Of a stretch of DNA of 64,000 nt, positions 28,801 to 45,000 are shown in pieces. Each line of letters starts with the position of its first letter. The stretch's first letter is position 1. The stretch comes from Rhina ancylostomus. Taxonomy: Eukaryota. The notes beneath the pieces were generated by a model. That model did not search any database. It had not been told where the DNA came from and was given only the letters and a program-made list of their open reading frames with translations. The position numbers and the translations under genes were made by a program. The stretch covers positions 32,993,788-33,057,787 of the forward strand of contig JARFYF010000053.1 of NCBI GenBank assembly GCA_030265395.1, read 5' to 3'.

Positions 28801-31800
28801 AGTGAATGTGCAGGTACAGAAGGAATAGGGCCAAGGGGTTTCACTGCAAAAGGATTTGAATACTGGAGTAAAGCCTTCTTGTTCCAATTAAACAGGGTCC
28901 TGCTGAAACCAGATTTCAAAATAACATGTACAAATCCAGTCTTTCTTCCTCAAAAAGGATGTACAAGTATTAGGAATGCAGGAAAAGCTGACCAGACCGA
29001 TTCCTGGGATTACCAGATGTGAGGGGTCAAAACACTATTGTGCATTGCCATATAAGGAGAGCTTAAATCAGAATGAGGAGAGATTCCACTGAATCATACA
29101 AAATTTTCACAGGGCATTATAGGATAGATGCAGGAAAGTTGTTCCCTGTGATGTCTAGAACAAGCAGTTTCAAAATAAGCAGTCAACAATTTAAGGTAGA
29201 GATGAGGAGAGATTTCTTCTGGCAGAGAGTGGTGAATCTTTGCAATTCTCTACCTTGTAGGGTTGTAGAGGCTTAGAGGTCACTGCAGAGATGCATTCAT
29301 TTCTGGATATTGAGAAAATGGGGAACACTGGAGGAAGAGAATGGAGGTAGACAAATCAGCCATGATCTTGACGAACAGCGGACTGTTCATCAGGGCCAGA
29401 TGGCTTAGTTCTGCTCCTAATTATGTAAATGAATTAGGGTGGGAGAAGCTCATGGAGCACAATGAAATTGCTGCCAAAACTCTTCAGACCATTGCCCCAA
29501 GTTCAAACCACTTCATCAATAACCTTCCATCACCTGAAGTTCTGGAGCATTAATGCCTGCTGCCAGTGATACCAGTGTTCAGCTCATCTACTAACTCCTC
29601 TTTATAATAAATGTGCCCTTGCTCACAGGTCTTGGACAACATTCAGGCTTGGTCTAATTACTTGGCATAAAACACACTGGCTGCTTGTTATGACCATCTG
29701 CTATAACAAAGCATCAATCCCCTATCCCTTAACATTCAATGGTGTTACTGTTAAGGTTAACTGAACCAATCCTATAAATTTTGGGTGCTATGGTAATAAA
29801 ATGAGAAAGTTTTCAGTTGCAAATTATTCACTCCCAACTCAAAGCCCTTTTCCATTTAGAGTACTTCGAGAGCATCAGGTGTTAGAATATTCTACATTTG
29901 TTCATGAATGCAGCTGCGAAGTTGGCACCATTTACATCAAAGCAACAAACTTGATTGCCACTCATCAGCACATCGAAGTACATGCATCAAGATTGATTGC
30001 AGCAACACTACAGCTCCTGAGGTCACAAATCTGTCAACTTCAATGTCCATGCATTTTAATGTTTTGATGACCAATTTATTCATGATCTTCTCACTTGTTT
30101 GAAGGCACTATATCTGAGGCAAAACGCTCCTCAGAGCATAACATTTTCAGGTCTCAAAACCTCCAATGTATCTAGCTTCTTAAAATGAAAACAGCCCTTA
30201 GGTGTTACTCTGTCTCATTTTTGTTTCAGCTCATTTACATTTTCTTCAAGTTCCTTAGGTTTGCTCATTGCTATTTAGAAAGTCTTCCTTTTAGACAATT
30301 ACTTCAAATACTTTAATTCTTTGGCTGGTTTAGACTGGGAATGTGTGCCGATCTCCATTATTCATTTTACATAACTGCTCTTTCTCTGCATTCAATATTA
30401 AATGCTGTTCGGAATGTGTTAATTCTATTCACCCTGTGTTCTTAAACCACAAATTTACTGACAACACTGCCTTCACAATGTTTCAAGGAAGGGAGCCTTC
30501 CACAGTAAACTAAATGCACCAAACATCTTTGATTTTTAACTTGATGCACAATTTACATAAATTGCATGGAATGCCCAAAGTTGGGAGATTTTTCAATTTT
30601 GCATAACGCACATATTAATATTTAGGTTTAGAAGGCTTTGGTAATCAATACCTGTGACATGATTTTATAGTCTGAATAGTGGTTTTGCAACCATTGCTAT
30701 ACAACTGGAATATAGCAACATATTACCATTTCCATTACCTGAGTTTTGAGGGCATTGTTGGCTGGTCTAAACCTTAATCAGATCAGTCTCTGCCAGGGCT
30801 CCTTAAACCTGAATGCACTTGCTTAGCAAACAGACTGGTTTCAAACTTTCAATCAATTTAACCTCACTGTAGTTTTGAGGAGATTTCCACTACCTATTGT
30901 GTGAAGGTATGTTTTCCAACATCTTGCTCTGGTCCTCATTTTGGATTTCCTCCATTAAGAGAGAAAAGTTCTTTTTACTCGTGTCAAATGCATCCATTAG
31001 ATCAATGAATAAGTTTAAGTAAACTGCCCTCAATTTAACTTTTGTCATTTCTGTGAACATGTACTTCACAGGGAACCCATCCTTCCTGGAGGTGCTGTGC
31101 CTTGAACAGGGTACCGTTCTAAATGGAGACAAAAAACTAGATGCTAGAAACTGGACCAAAAAAAAAACAACTGCTCTAGGAACTCAGGTTTTTTTTTGGG
31201 GGGGGGGGTGTGTGGAAGAGCAGAGGGGAGTGGTAGACACCTAGTTAAGACCCTGCATTGGACCGAGTGGAGGGGGAAGATTGCTGGCATGGAGGGGAAA
31301 GACGGGGTGACAGGTGGATTGAGGAGTGATGAATGATGGGCAGATGGAGACAGTTGAGGGCAAAGGTGGAGACAGCCACTGGAAGCTGGCAAGCAGGAAA
31401 ACATAGGCTGCCAGTGCTGGAATATGATAAGGGAGGTGATAATAGGAAACATTAAAAAGGGAGAGATGAAGGGCAGGTCAACTCTGCCAACAATAAATTT
31501 GCTTTCACATTTTACACACAATGTTTAAAAGATGTACAAAATTGGAATCTTGAATAAACAGATTCAAGAGTGCTGAAATGGTATCACTGAGACTTCCCTG
31601 GGTCAAATGGACCTCTAATGATGTGGCCTACTTGCCAAGCTGTTTTAAATCAAACTGCACATTTCCAATGACAATAAAAGCCACTTGAACTGACGAACTG
31701 CAGGACAGCCAGTGAGGGGGCTTCACAGCAAATAGAATGTGCCAATGGATGACAGACAAAGTACTTCACAAGACAGTCAATGGCATGAAATGTTACTGCT

Positions 31801-32976
31801 GGCCAGCTCTCACAGCAGATGGGATATTAATTAACTTCTACCTTATTTCATCCATCAAAAAAGGACAAAGGAATTCCAATGCAAACCAAATCAACTTCAT
31901 GTCACTGTGCCTTTCAGAAAAGCAACTCTCCAGGACTAATTGCACAATGCATGCCAATTGGGCATTAGGCAAGTTATCTGCCCCATTGTTGGATTTCACT
32001 TATGACAAGATGCATTTTATGTAGAATTTAAGTAATGCAATTCTGGATAAAATTTACTGCTTAGTTAGGCAGAATACATTCCATACTATCACAGATTTAG
32101 AATTAGCCAAAGGAGAACCTCAGCTAGGCCAGTAACTTGCATATTGTAACGTCCTACAATTCAGAGTTAGTCATTTAACTTCCCAGAATTGTTTTTCACA
32201 AAAGGATTCAATTAGGTTCACTGCAATTAACTGCACTGTAGTCAAACCATGCCAAGAAACTCAGCCTATATATTCCCTAGTACAGAAAGCATGATCTAAT
32301 GAAATGTATACAAACAGGATTTGCAAAGACTCCATTTTTTTCCCTGATCAAAGGTTGCACACAATAAAAAGATTTGTATTTCCTGTATTCTTTGTACTTC
32401 AGCTGAAAGGGAGGTGGCAAGGATGCACAGGAGAATCAAGAGATCTAATTCAAATGCATTACAGCAGTACACAATGAACACTACTACAATCTGGGATACA
32501 GACCAAATTAGTATAGTTCAGCACCTCTGGCCTATGCTACAGTGCAAACTGAGCTAAACATACAGCAGTTGCAATATATTGTTACCAACCATGACAATAC
32601 TGCCAACCTCCACTGTCAGAATTTCTGGGTGGGTGATTGGGAAACTTTGGAAATTTTTGCTGTAAAGACAACTGTATATTAGGTCAATGGAGAAAGGACC
32701 AAGACTTCCAGTTAAATAATTTACATGGATTTAGATGAGATCTGTGAATAATATCCCTCTGATTAAAAAAACTGCAGATTTTTTAATTGGAATTCTGAAG
32801 TAAAACTAAGAATGATAGAAAGAGTTCATGGCTCAAATCAAAGATTCTCTCAGGAGAAAAAAGTTAGTGCGATAACTTTCTCCTTCCCAGTTCTTGTGTT
32901 TTTTTGGGGGGGGGGGGGGGGGCGGGGGAGGGAGTCCCATTCAGAAATGGACTTTTCCCCACTGCANNNNNNNNNN

Positions 32977-33020
<44 letters not shown>

Positions 33021-36000
33021 CCCAGGCAGAACTGGACTTGTCCCCACTGCAGCGACCCAACCCCCAACCTTTTGACTACAGCTATTCTGCATGTCCAGCA
33101 TTTTGCATTCCACAAGCTCTGTTATCACCAAGGACTTGTCAATGTCCTGAATTTAAATTAACTAAAATTAAATCAATTAATTTAACTTCCTTTTCCACCA
33201 GCACCCCAAAATAACATTTTAGTTGCATTACTTCCCAAGCACAGTTCAAATCACTTTGAAATACTCGAGAAAAGCTTGTAGCAAGTGAAAATCAATTAAT
33301 AAAAATGAAAGAAGTTTTGACAGGAAAAAATGGTTTTAAAAGTGATTCTGATCACTATAGCATTCAAACAGGGATACCATGCCATAAGCATCATTTTCTT
33401 CCCTCATCTTGAACTTGAATTCTCCACGTCCAGCAGATAAGCTTGCGACGTAGATTGTAAACACTTACCCAAATGCAAGGCAAGCGCTGAGTTGTTGAAT
33501 GTCATAACCAATAAAATGCTCTATACAGTACATACTGGAGTAGCAAACAGAAGGTTATCTAGCAAAAAAAAGTTGAATGGAGACTAGGACTATACCCACT
33601 AGATCAAATCAGAATTCCAGAGCATTCTTGGGCACATCCCAGTGACAATGGCAGAGTGACAGAGACTGCATATACACTCATCAGGTAAAGGTATTCTACA
33701 TCTTTATTCCTGCATTATTTCATTGCCCATTCTCATACATCACCCTTTATTTATACCATCTCCAGATAGTTCAGCAGCAATTAACAAGTCTTTCCAAAAG
33801 ACAGAACAAGTACTTGCAGAACTTCCTGGTTTCCAGTATCTGCAGTTTTTTCACTTCTCAAATAATCTGGAGAATGCAAGTTTAAATAGTTGATTGCAAA
33901 AATTAATACTTGCTATCAATTTTCATGGACATTTTGCTACCAGAATGCCATCAACCTTGTCTGCCCTCCTGTCACCAAATTCATGTCAATGCCTTACCCA
34001 TTTTGCCAATGTATATGCAAAGACTAGGTAGTACACATTAATACCAGTATTTAAAAAACATGCTAAATACTTCTTCACTAAAGTCAGTTTGTCCCTGTGA
34101 CATCCTATATATTGATGGAATCAAATGATCAGAAGCTGTGCAACTTCAGAAGTTGCATTTAAAAAAAGAGACTAAAAAGGATTTCATGGATTATGGGTAT
34201 TTTCTCCCAGCTGCGTGATCAGTGGAATTTCCTGCCATAGAAATATCGGGATCAAGAATAGAGCCATTACATCACATGCATACTGCTGTATCAGGGGAAC
34301 AAATTGATGCAGAGGGTTGTTTGACAATTTGATTCTAGGTCATGCACACTCATCTCACTTTGCTTGACTGTAGCTGTTTCCAAAGTATAGAAACCTTAGT
34401 CAGTTGAAATGCAATGTCGGCATACATGCACTTCCTACAACTGCAATTAGTTCACCCACATCAATCTAGCACTTGCTTTTCCTTCACAGATCTCTGGCAC
34501 ATTAAATGAAGCTGCATACTGAAGATAGAAAGCCAGACTTCAAAGTTGTGGAAAGGAAGCTGAAAGATAGGAACAGTCTTCAAGAGGATGCCACACTTGT
34601 ATAAAACTTGGGTTATAGATATCCCNNNNNNNNNNNNNNNNNNNNNNNNNNNNNNNNNNNNNNNNNNNNNNNNNNNNNNTCTGAATCTTATGGCCAAATT
34701 AGGCACACAGTCAGGGTACTTTGCTAACACAGATCAAGTCAAAACAAGATCTTAAACTCTACCCTGGCATTGTGCCTTAATTTTAATACAATTGAATCAC
34801 CACTCAAACCAAATAATGTGCAGAAATGAGCAAAATTTTCATTAGTTTTCAGTTGTTAATCACCATACCTCCCACTTTCCAATCCATTCGTGGATAAAGT
34901 TGGAAGCTATAATAGTGGGACGCTACAACTGCACTAACAAAACCCTGGCTTCAGTAGATACAAAAAATATCATGCATTCAGATCCTGCCTAGGAAGATAA
35001 GTCTTCTAACAAGCCATTCAGACTCAAATCTGTAAAACAGATGAAGACTCATTCAATCCATGAGCCAAAGGAGCAGCCATGTAGTTTCATACCTTGTTTT
35101 CATACCCACAACTCTAATCTCTTGCTCAAATTTTCATCCCTTTAAAAATGACTTAGTGAATCAACTTCTATCACTTTTCCAATGGAAAATAAAGTTTTTA
35201 CCCAATTACCTATAATCGCAGATCAAGTTAATTAGGCAAAAGCTTGATCTTCCATTTAGATTTTTTCCAATGGTTTTACATCTATGACCTTCTTGAATGG
35301 TGGGTCAATAATGAGGAAATCTGTTTAAAAAAGACAACCTTACTTTGAAAACCTTGATTAGGTCACTTTCATCTTCTCCATTCTACGATCAGAATAACGA
35401 TAGATATCTAACAGCTTTGATAACATTTCTAAAGCAGGTACAACATTCGTATTATAATCAGTTCAGGTATAAAAATAAACAATGCTCTCTTGAATTCCAC
35501 AAGGGCATCTTAAAATTTCTACAGAACCAATATCCCAAGCTAGAATCCTCAAGGCCAGCCTAATGCTTCATTTGATTCATCTTACTTTTTCTTTACTCTT
35601 AGCTGGGCTGGTGGACTTGGACATTGAACCAGTAGCTTCTTTCTCCACAACTCCAAAGTAACGCTGCTCAGATTGTGTGTGAAATGACACAGTCCCTTTT
35701 GGAAGCTTTTTAATACGGATTGCATGGTTCCTTTGAGCTGAAAGAACATCCTTAGAGAAAACAAACTAATTAGATTTTCACAGATAATGCAAATATACAA
35801 TATAATTGCCAAGAAATGTTCTGTTCTATGAAAGATAACTTGCCATGTGTAATCTATCAGACTATTTACTGTTTTGGTAAAATAGCTTAGAAACAAGTTG
35901 AACACTGTTCTGATTGAAAATGCTAAAATATGGAAGTTTACATCCTTCAGCACCATTCTCAAGCAGACAGACTGAGCTCTTTTGTAGGACTATTATCCCT

Positions 36001-39000
36001 CCCCGCCCCATCTACATTTATAACAGCCTGGGACTGAATTGCCGCCTGTCTGATTCAGGGTTTAATAAATAACAAAAGACCANNNNNNNNNNNNNNNNNN
36101 NNNNNNNNNNNNNNNNNNNNNNNNNNNNNNNNNNNNNNNNNNNNNNNNNNNNNNNNNNNNNNNNNNNNNNNNNNNNNNNNNNNNNNNNNNNNNNNNNNNN
36201 NNNNNNNNNNNNNNNNNNNNNNNNNNNNNNNNNNNNNNNNNNNNNNNNNNNNNNNNNNNNNNATCCCTCTTCCTTAAATGAATACTCTGCCCAAGTGACC
36301 CACCTGCTAATGTCTGCTGACTTGGTCACCTGTCCCTAACTACAGTGACATCATTTAAGCTAAAAACCTTGCCAAATATCATTAGCCTCCCCTTTGACCT
36401 TGAACTAAAGTTCTACACTTCCACAGACCAGGAACCCCAATAGTTACTGGCATAGGAATTTCAGCGTTGTAGTTAGTCAAAAGCCACAGGAATCACGCAA
36501 GTGGTTAATCTTAGTTTCTCACAGCTTGGAGGCTTTGGCTGTCATGTCCTGCAGAGTCAGCAAATATTAAATGCTGGTCAATTTCTGGGTATATGGATTT
36601 ACTGTACAGCTACACAGCCCCACAAATAGCTAGTTTTATGTACGCTTCCTGCAAAACAATACAACAACTTGGTAGAAACCCAAGTGTAATTGAAACCAAT
36701 CTTCAACCTTCCTTCGTAAAGTTGTTTATCTTCCCACACAGCTCATGTAAGGTTTGGAACATACCACTAAATATTTAATTCAAGTATTAAGCACATAATC
36801 CAAGACCACAAGACTTTACATTTTTAAAAATACCTTAATACACATGTAAGAATCTTGGCATTATGCTGTTACTTGACAGTAGGTCACTGAGATTTTTGTA
36901 AATCCTTGCATTTGTATCAAGGCAAACCTTGAACTTCTATTAGCTTGAAACGATGGGTGATTAACACTGATTGTAAATGTAGGTGGGCAAAAAGAAAACA
37001 GTCTGCCTTTAATAATTTTAGAAATTTCAAACTTTTGTTTACTCAATGCTTCATGTTCAACCCCCCCCCCCACTCCCTCAATCTCCACGGAGTTATTTCC
37101 TTCCTTTGTAAAGGACTTGAAATGTTCCACGGGGTGCTCCATTGTCAGAAGCTAAGGAACCAGAGTTCAGGTATTCATAAGATCCGAGAGCACTCTTTCA
37201 CATTTACCAGAGCTAGCATTCCTTCAACCAAAACCAAAGTTAAAACAGTATCATACATCAATTACCATTTTGGGACATAATACATAGGCAGTTAGCTAAC
37301 AAAGTGCTATCAAGCCAACTTCAGATGTGAACATAGACAATTAGAATCGGTGTAAATTACATTTAGGTGGAGTGCGTAACAAATCAAGGACCAAAGGCCA
37401 AGGATAATGCTCCTTTATCAGCTCAAATCATAACTGTATACAGATTTGAATAAAAGGACTTAATATACAAATTGAAGCACTTACGGGGACAACTGTGAAT
37501 TCAACCTCATCTGAGATGTGGAGCTGCAGACTATCCATGATCTCACTAAAGTGGAAGAACATTCGTGCATCGCGATCTACACATTTAATGAAACCAAATC
37601 CATCTCTCATAGCTGCAATCACACCCTATAAAAAACAAGAGAATCAGTAACTCTTCAGGGAAAGAATACACAATTTATAAATACTTTCACTGATATTTAA
37701 GTATCCTTAGAGTTTGTCACCCTAAAAATCAATAAGCTCATAATCTATACTTGTGCTCTCAATGTCATGTCCATCATTTCACCATCTACTTGTTTACCTC
37801 CCTTTCCAAAACCACTTTTAAAGTCATTACCATCTAGATGCATCCTAATAGATTGCTTGTATTAATTAAAAATTATAAACTTACCATTTCTCTGGTCTCT
37901 CCAGTTAACTCAAAAGAATCAGTCAGGATTTCAATATTTGTAGCACGTTCTAATTTGTCACGTCTATCAGTAGAGATATTAAACCTGACATGGTCACCTT
38001 CTAATAGAGTAACTTTAGATCTGGTGTCCTTATCTCCAAAGGGAAGTTCTTTGGAAATGGTAAAGTTTACTTTGATACGTCCTGGCAAAGGATCAGTCTA
38101 CAATAAAAAAGGTTGCAACTCTCAGTAGGTAAAGGGATTAAACAAGTCTAATGAACAGTAACAATACACAAATGATTAGAAATTATTGCAGAAACAGCAA
38201 ACCGAAATTAAAAAAACAAAATGCATTTTTTATATAGGGCAACATTTTTGTTGAAAAGAATCTATGCTAGACTGGAATTGTTTATGATTCAAGTACTTAC
38301 AAAAAGGATCATATTTATACATTTTCTGGGATATTGTGGTTTTATTGTTCATTTGCCTGCACTCAATATTTTATTAAATTTTCAAAAGTGTTGATATTTA
38401 CCATCACATTACCCTGCAAACCATGAGAGTTAAACTAACGATCACATTTAGTATAGAAACACTGCTAGTGTCCAGTGAGCAATTAACTCAATATGCATTT
38501 TTCAACCTCTCCCTCTCTTTTTTGCTATCATAGACATTAATTAATTCACAATTTATTTCATTTCTCAGTCACAAACTTTAGTAAGATTTTGACTAAAACA
38601 AGGTTAGTCATGATTACTCCAGACATGTTGAACAGTTTACACGCCTCACGTTTGGCCACTATGTACTGGCACTTAAAATGATTATTGTAGTTCTCTGCAT
38701 GTTCCTGACTTTCCCCATTTGTATTCGTTTTGAGATCATTCTCCAACTTCACTGAAGCAATTGTTAATGTCATTTTTTGTTAAAATGTTTAAACAGAATT
38801 GTTTTGTCCAATTAATACATGAAATATGAAAAACAGCGACAAAGCTATTGAACACAATGGCCATTTTGCCGTACTTCTGCCCGAGAGAACACTTGTTGCT
38901 ACACAATTCAATCCTGTATTTAAGATACTATCTTTGAACTAACCACAGTAAATTTGTACTAGATTTACCTGGGTTTTACTGGATACTTTTGGAATAACTT

Positions 39001-42000
39001 TGGTGACAGTTCCATCAAACTGTTCAATACTAACATCCTCAAATATAACAGTTCCTTGGGGTAACAGTTTCACTTCAGTGGCAACTTCTTTTCCCTAGGA
39101 AAAAAACATCACTAGACCATTGAGCTTTCATTAAAGTTAATTTCCTAATTGAGAACACAATTCTTTGCTCACTATACTGACTGCATATTGCCAAATTTAA
39201 AGATAAATTCAAAAAAATTTCTGCAAAAAAGTATTATGAAGCATGTAATACTTCAGAATATTTATGAGGAATTGCTCATGTTGAAATCAAGCATCTCACC
39301 CCTTTAAGATAGTTATAATAGCAAGAAACATGAAATATAAAGAAATCTTTGGTGATTGTACACCACAGAACCCTTGTGGTTCTGATGTTATTAGTGATTA
39401 TAAGTTACATTACCATGAGACGTGCAACTGCAGACAGCTGTAAATTCAAGTGTTGCACCATAGTGACATCAATACTAATCACTGTTCACCTGTGTGGGTG
39501 TTACTGCTTAATGGACACACAACACGGAGTGGATTGCAAGTAGAAGAGCAGATGTACTGCTCTCAGCTTATTTTAGGAGAAACAAATATTTAAACAATAC
39601 AATTTTTTTTAAAAAGGGAAGTAATGGATACAGAGAATTATCCAATGATTTTGAAATCTCCCATCCCCATCATGCAGAAGTTAACAAATCTTCAAGGCAC
39701 AGGATGGTCATTCCACTAAAACAAAGTGAACCTCACTAATCTTTCCAAACCCCATGATGGAACATAGGTGGAGGCCCTTGATGTAGAGTCCCACTATCCC
39801 CATCCTTTTCGACAACACTTATCTACTTTTGTACCTTCAATTACTTTAATGGACATATCAGACTATCAAAATGAACAAACAGTGCCAGGTTTTCTCCCTT
39901 CCAGTTTTCCAAAAAAAGGCTTATCACCACAATTCAGTTTAGACCAATTAACTAATATAGCATGGGCTTAGATTGAGATTCAAAACCTCAGCTTTGTAGT
40001 TCAATGTGGCATGTGTAAGTGTAGAGAGACTTGAAAGAGCCAAAAGTACATTTCCAGATTGTGTGTTTAAAAACATTCTTGGAATCCACATTTAAAGAAA
40101 CTGAACATCCATACATGTCTGAAAGGATGAAACTTCCCATCTGCACACTAGATGTCACTATTTCCCCAAACAAATCCTCCATCCACATGAACTATAGAGC
40201 AAACCTCTGGTATTTGAGAAAAATAGCAATATGTGAAAATTTAACATGCTCCTCTGCAAAACCTTTTGCACAAGTCATTATAGCTCAGGTCTGACCATGA
40301 ATATGCTCTACACAAGGCTTTGTACACTTCCCTTCATCTTATCCTAAGAGTACATTTTCCTGCTCCTTTACTCGTCATGTACTTAAAGCTTCCTATATTC
40401 ATCTATGATTCAATCTAAGTGGTAATTAAAAATACATTTTATAACTGATTGCAGAAATTAAAATTCCAGTTGGTCACTTTCAGAATATGCTAGCTGAGCT
40501 GAAAAGTGCTGCACGAAAACTGTCAGATGTAGCTCTTCTTAATATATTGAAGAAATGGCAGAGAGCTCAGAGGCCCCAATTATCAACAGCTCACTGCAAA
40601 CCATCAAATGGCCATTTCCCTTGGTTTGGAGAGGGGTGGGGTCCAGAACTAGGGATCACACACACTCAGGATACAGGGCAAGATTTAGAACTGAGAGATT
40701 TCTCCTGTCAGGTGTTGAAGCAGTTGATTTCTCAACCACAGAAGGTAGTGGAGGGGCCAAGTCACTGGATATTTGAGACCCTAATTTCTAGGTACAAAAA
40801 AGGACAAAAGGGGCATGGAGAAACTAACATTGTATTGATAAAAGGACAGCCATGACAACCAAGGACTGAATTGCAGAGTAGGCACAAGTGCAGGATAAAG
40901 AAATATTGAAATGGCATTGTTTAAGGGGATTATCAACATTGAATCCTGGAAACTGCTAGTTTTATGGATCAACTAGCCAAACGTTCAGGTACTTGGTTTC
41001 ATTTTTGTTTTGCATTTTACTTCAACATTACTTACATTTCTTTCTTTAATAGTAAATTCCACATCATCGCCTGGCTGCAATGTGTCCAGGTTTCCTTTGA
41101 ATTCACTATAATGGAAGAAGATCTCTTTCACAAGGTCACCTCTTTCAATGAATCCAAATGCTTCCTGTGAATTTCAGCAAACAATTAGTGTTAACACAAT
41201 ATCCTGAAATAAATACAAGATCCTTGTACATTAAATGTGCACATGATATTTTTCTGATTAAATTTCAGTTAACCTAATTACATTAACAATAAATGCAACA
41301 ATCTCCCTTTCCCAACAAATGTACACTTGCAGTGGCATAAGCATTTCCCTACTATATAGAAATATTTGGCCCAATTCAAAAAGTATTCAATCATCAGTAA
41401 GATGCACATCCTTATTTGCACGGTCTCTTTGACACACTAGATTTCCCCTTTCAAATCCTGAGAAACAAGATCAAACAAGCTAAAAAATTAGGTTTTTGAT
41501 ATTACAGTATTTCAATCCAAAAATCTGAAAATATTTCAAACCAATAAAGAGCAGGGTAACTTTCAAACGGCATCTTGCATCAAGTTCTGAAAACTATAGA
41601 TACATCTTCTTTCAGGGAATTAGAAGACATGACTAAACATAAAAAATAAATTATATCTATGATCAGTAATGAACCAAATGAACAGCCATACAGGCTATAG
41701 AGGCAACATAACTTACTCCAGCTTCCAATTCTTATAACAGAAGAATCAATGTACTTCTACAGCCTCAGTTACTTTCAAAATAAGTTATTTTTAAGTGACC
41801 ATTAAAATTCCAGTAGGTTACTGTCAGAGCATACAAATTTACTTAGCTAACCCAAAGTGTGATAAGGAAACACAGATCTTAGATTAAGGAAACACAGATC
41901 TTAGAATATTAAAGAAAAAGGATACATGATTTTCAATATTTGCCTTTTCTGCCCCACACTAAACCCCTGGGAATCAGAACATTGGGACTCAACGTAAAAA

Positions 42001-45000
42001 TGGACTCAAGATAGAGATCAACCATGATCTAAATGAATGGAGGACGGGTTCCAGCAGGCAATATATTCCACTCCTTGTGACCAAAACTGAAGTCATGTTC
42101 AGGGACAAAACTAAACGTGCACTATATACAATATTTAGAACATCAATTCAATCCAATTTTTTCCCCCCAGATTCTGAACAGTTCAACTGTTCTTGCATTT
42201 CTACAGAATCAAATTTCTTTGCTGTTTTGTCCCTGTAATTTTAGTTAGACAAAGAAATCTATCTTCCTTTCGATTGAAATTTACCAGCTTTCCATACGTC
42301 AACTATATCTACCTCCTCCAGAAATGGAGTCTAAATGGGAAACATACCTTCATAGCACAAACTACACCTTGACATCGGCCCTGCTTCTTCTTCACCAATA
42401 CAATGTTGTGAGCGTTTACAGCACCAGTACTAAAAAATACAAAGATTTATGGTTAGAGATTAAGTATTTTACACAATTACATTTCATAAGCTGAATTGCC
42501 AACTTCTGCTTTATTTCATACATTCAATTAACCTAGAAGTTAGTTCAAAATGTGCAGAAAAATACCCACAAGTAATCTGCATACATGCCAATTAAAATAC
42601 AGTAAAAGCTGATTTTCTGGCACTTCACGAATGGGTAGCAGTTGAGGTAGTGAAGCAACATCTGGACCGACATTGGTTTAGCCAGCACCTGTCAACTCTA
42701 GCATGAGCCAAAGAAGGTGGTCTTTACCATGAGAAATGGAAATCCCATTTGCACTTGTCAAGTTATGTAGATAGACTCAGTTTATTAAAGTTTTCTTTGA
42801 ATGCAGCTAAGCCCTTAATGCTGAGATAAGCATTCAACTAATGAATTTTACCTCATTGTTCCTCTGCAGACAAGGGCATGCAGAACACACTTCAAAGTTC
42901 TTTGATGGACTGTGACCACTTATTGCAAAAGACTAACTCAGTGATTGCCAACGCCCTTTGGGTTAGGTGGGGCATCATAGGCTACAACAATATTGTTGTA
43001 ATTTAGTTGGCAAGGTTTACAAGTAAAAATTATACTCTGCCTACTAGCTGCCTCAATAAGCTCGTTATCATGAACAAGCTACTTCTTGCACCAAATGAAA
43101 CTGCCTCCACAGGCAACATCTTCAGTTCCAGTTAACTGGAATGCAAATTCTTTGAAAACACTGGTGCCTAGCAAGGAATTGTAACAATCTGACCAATGAA
43201 ATTGCTACAACATATTCTTGAGTCCTGCTTATATGATGCCAATGTACCTGTGATGAGGCACACAGCATTCACAAGAATATACAAGTTTTTCATCGCATGT
43301 GTGCATATGACAATGATGTCTAATTTCTAAATAATGCTTTATCCATTAGGAGTGGCCTTATCCATTAGGAGTGCACTTAATGAAACTGAGGATGAGGCTA
43401 TGAAATGTCTTTGGCAGGCAAGATAATGGAGAATCCCAAGTCATTCTACAAGTATATTTGGAAAGTGGGTCTTCTTGGGGACCAAATGGGTAAACTGTGT
43501 GTGAAGCCAGGGAATGTGGGCAAAGTCCTAAAAAAAATACCTCAACCATATTCACCAAGGAGAAGGATGAGAAGGCTGACACATCCTTCAGGAGGGAAAT
43601 ATGTTGATAATCTGGAGCATGTTAGTATTAAAGTGGGGGTGTTAAGTGGTCTTGGAACAGATAAGGGTGAATAAATCCCAAGGGTTCATACAGCAAGGTC
43701 TATCCCAGAATGATATGGGAAACAAGAGGGGAGTGTTGGGGCCCTGACAGAATTTTTTTTAGCGTCTTCGTTCTCCACAGTTGAGATACCTGAAGACTGG
43801 ACGATAACTGATGTTCATTTAAGAAGGGCAACAGGGATAAAGCCAAGTAACTACAGGCCAGTTAGCCTTTATCAGTGGTAGGGAATTATTGGAGAAAACC
43901 CTAAGGAACAGGATTTATGTAGGTTTGGAAAGGCTGGGGCTGATCAGCAATAGCAAAGTTTTGTGCAGAAGAAATTCTGTCTCATTAATTTGTTTTTAAG
44001 GTGGTAACAAAGGAGATTGAAGGCAGTAGGGCAGAAGATTGTGTCCATATGGAGTTTAGTAAGGCATTTGGCAAGGTCCTGCAAGGTGGCAAGGGATAGG
44101 ACACACACAGTAAATAGTAAGGCACAGTAAATGGTAAGGCACTGTGGAACAGACCTCAGGGTCCAAGTATGGTTTCCTGAAAGTGTCAACCCAGTCAACA
44201 GGGTGATGAAAGCATACGGCATGCTTGCCTTCATAGGTCAGCACAGAATTAAGCAGCAAGGATATTGCATTCCAACTTAAAACACTGGCCAAAACTTGGT
44301 GTATTGGTCACAGTACTGATCACCACACTATGGGAATGATGTGAATGCACAGGAGAGACAGAGGGGGAGCAGAGGATATCCACTAAGATGTTGCCTGCAT
44401 TGGAGGAGAACTAATTATAGGGGAGAAAAGATAGGCTGGACTCTTTCTTTGGAGTAGGAAGCCAAGGGGTGACTTGATAGAGGTATACAAGACTATGAGA
44501 AGCATAGATGGGGTAGATAGACAATTTTTTCCTACAGAAGGGGTATCAAAAACAAAAGGGCATAGTTTTCAGGAGAGAGGAAAAAGCTTTGAGATCTTAA
44601 GGACAAATGTTTGTAACAAAAGTGGATGATCTCAAACATGCTACTAGGAGGTGGAGGAGGAGGAAGAGGAATCAGTTACAACTACCATTAATAGGTGTTT
44701 AGATAATTAAGTGGGCAAGACACAAGGATATTGCCCTGATGTAGGTAAATAGGATTAGTGTAGATGGACAAGGTGGACAACATGGTTGGCCCAAGGGCTT
44801 TCTGCTATGCTACAAGATAGATTCTACTAAGTGAACAAGGTGACCAGAATGTCAACTCAAAACAGCAAAATAACATTTGCGTCTGGCTAATGATTTAGGA
44901 TAGCAAGCTGTCCAAATATGTGGATATATGAAAAAAATTCAAAACAGCTATTTGAGTTCCTAGAAAAGACTTTCCTGTAATGCAATACTGCACCTATATG

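Noticed and set aside
32906-33020. Poly-G then long poly-C giving poly-Gly and poly-Pro ORFs, or a G4/hairpin
   Set aside because: Homopolymers abutting a 10-N gap; lengths are unreliable and there is no coding context.
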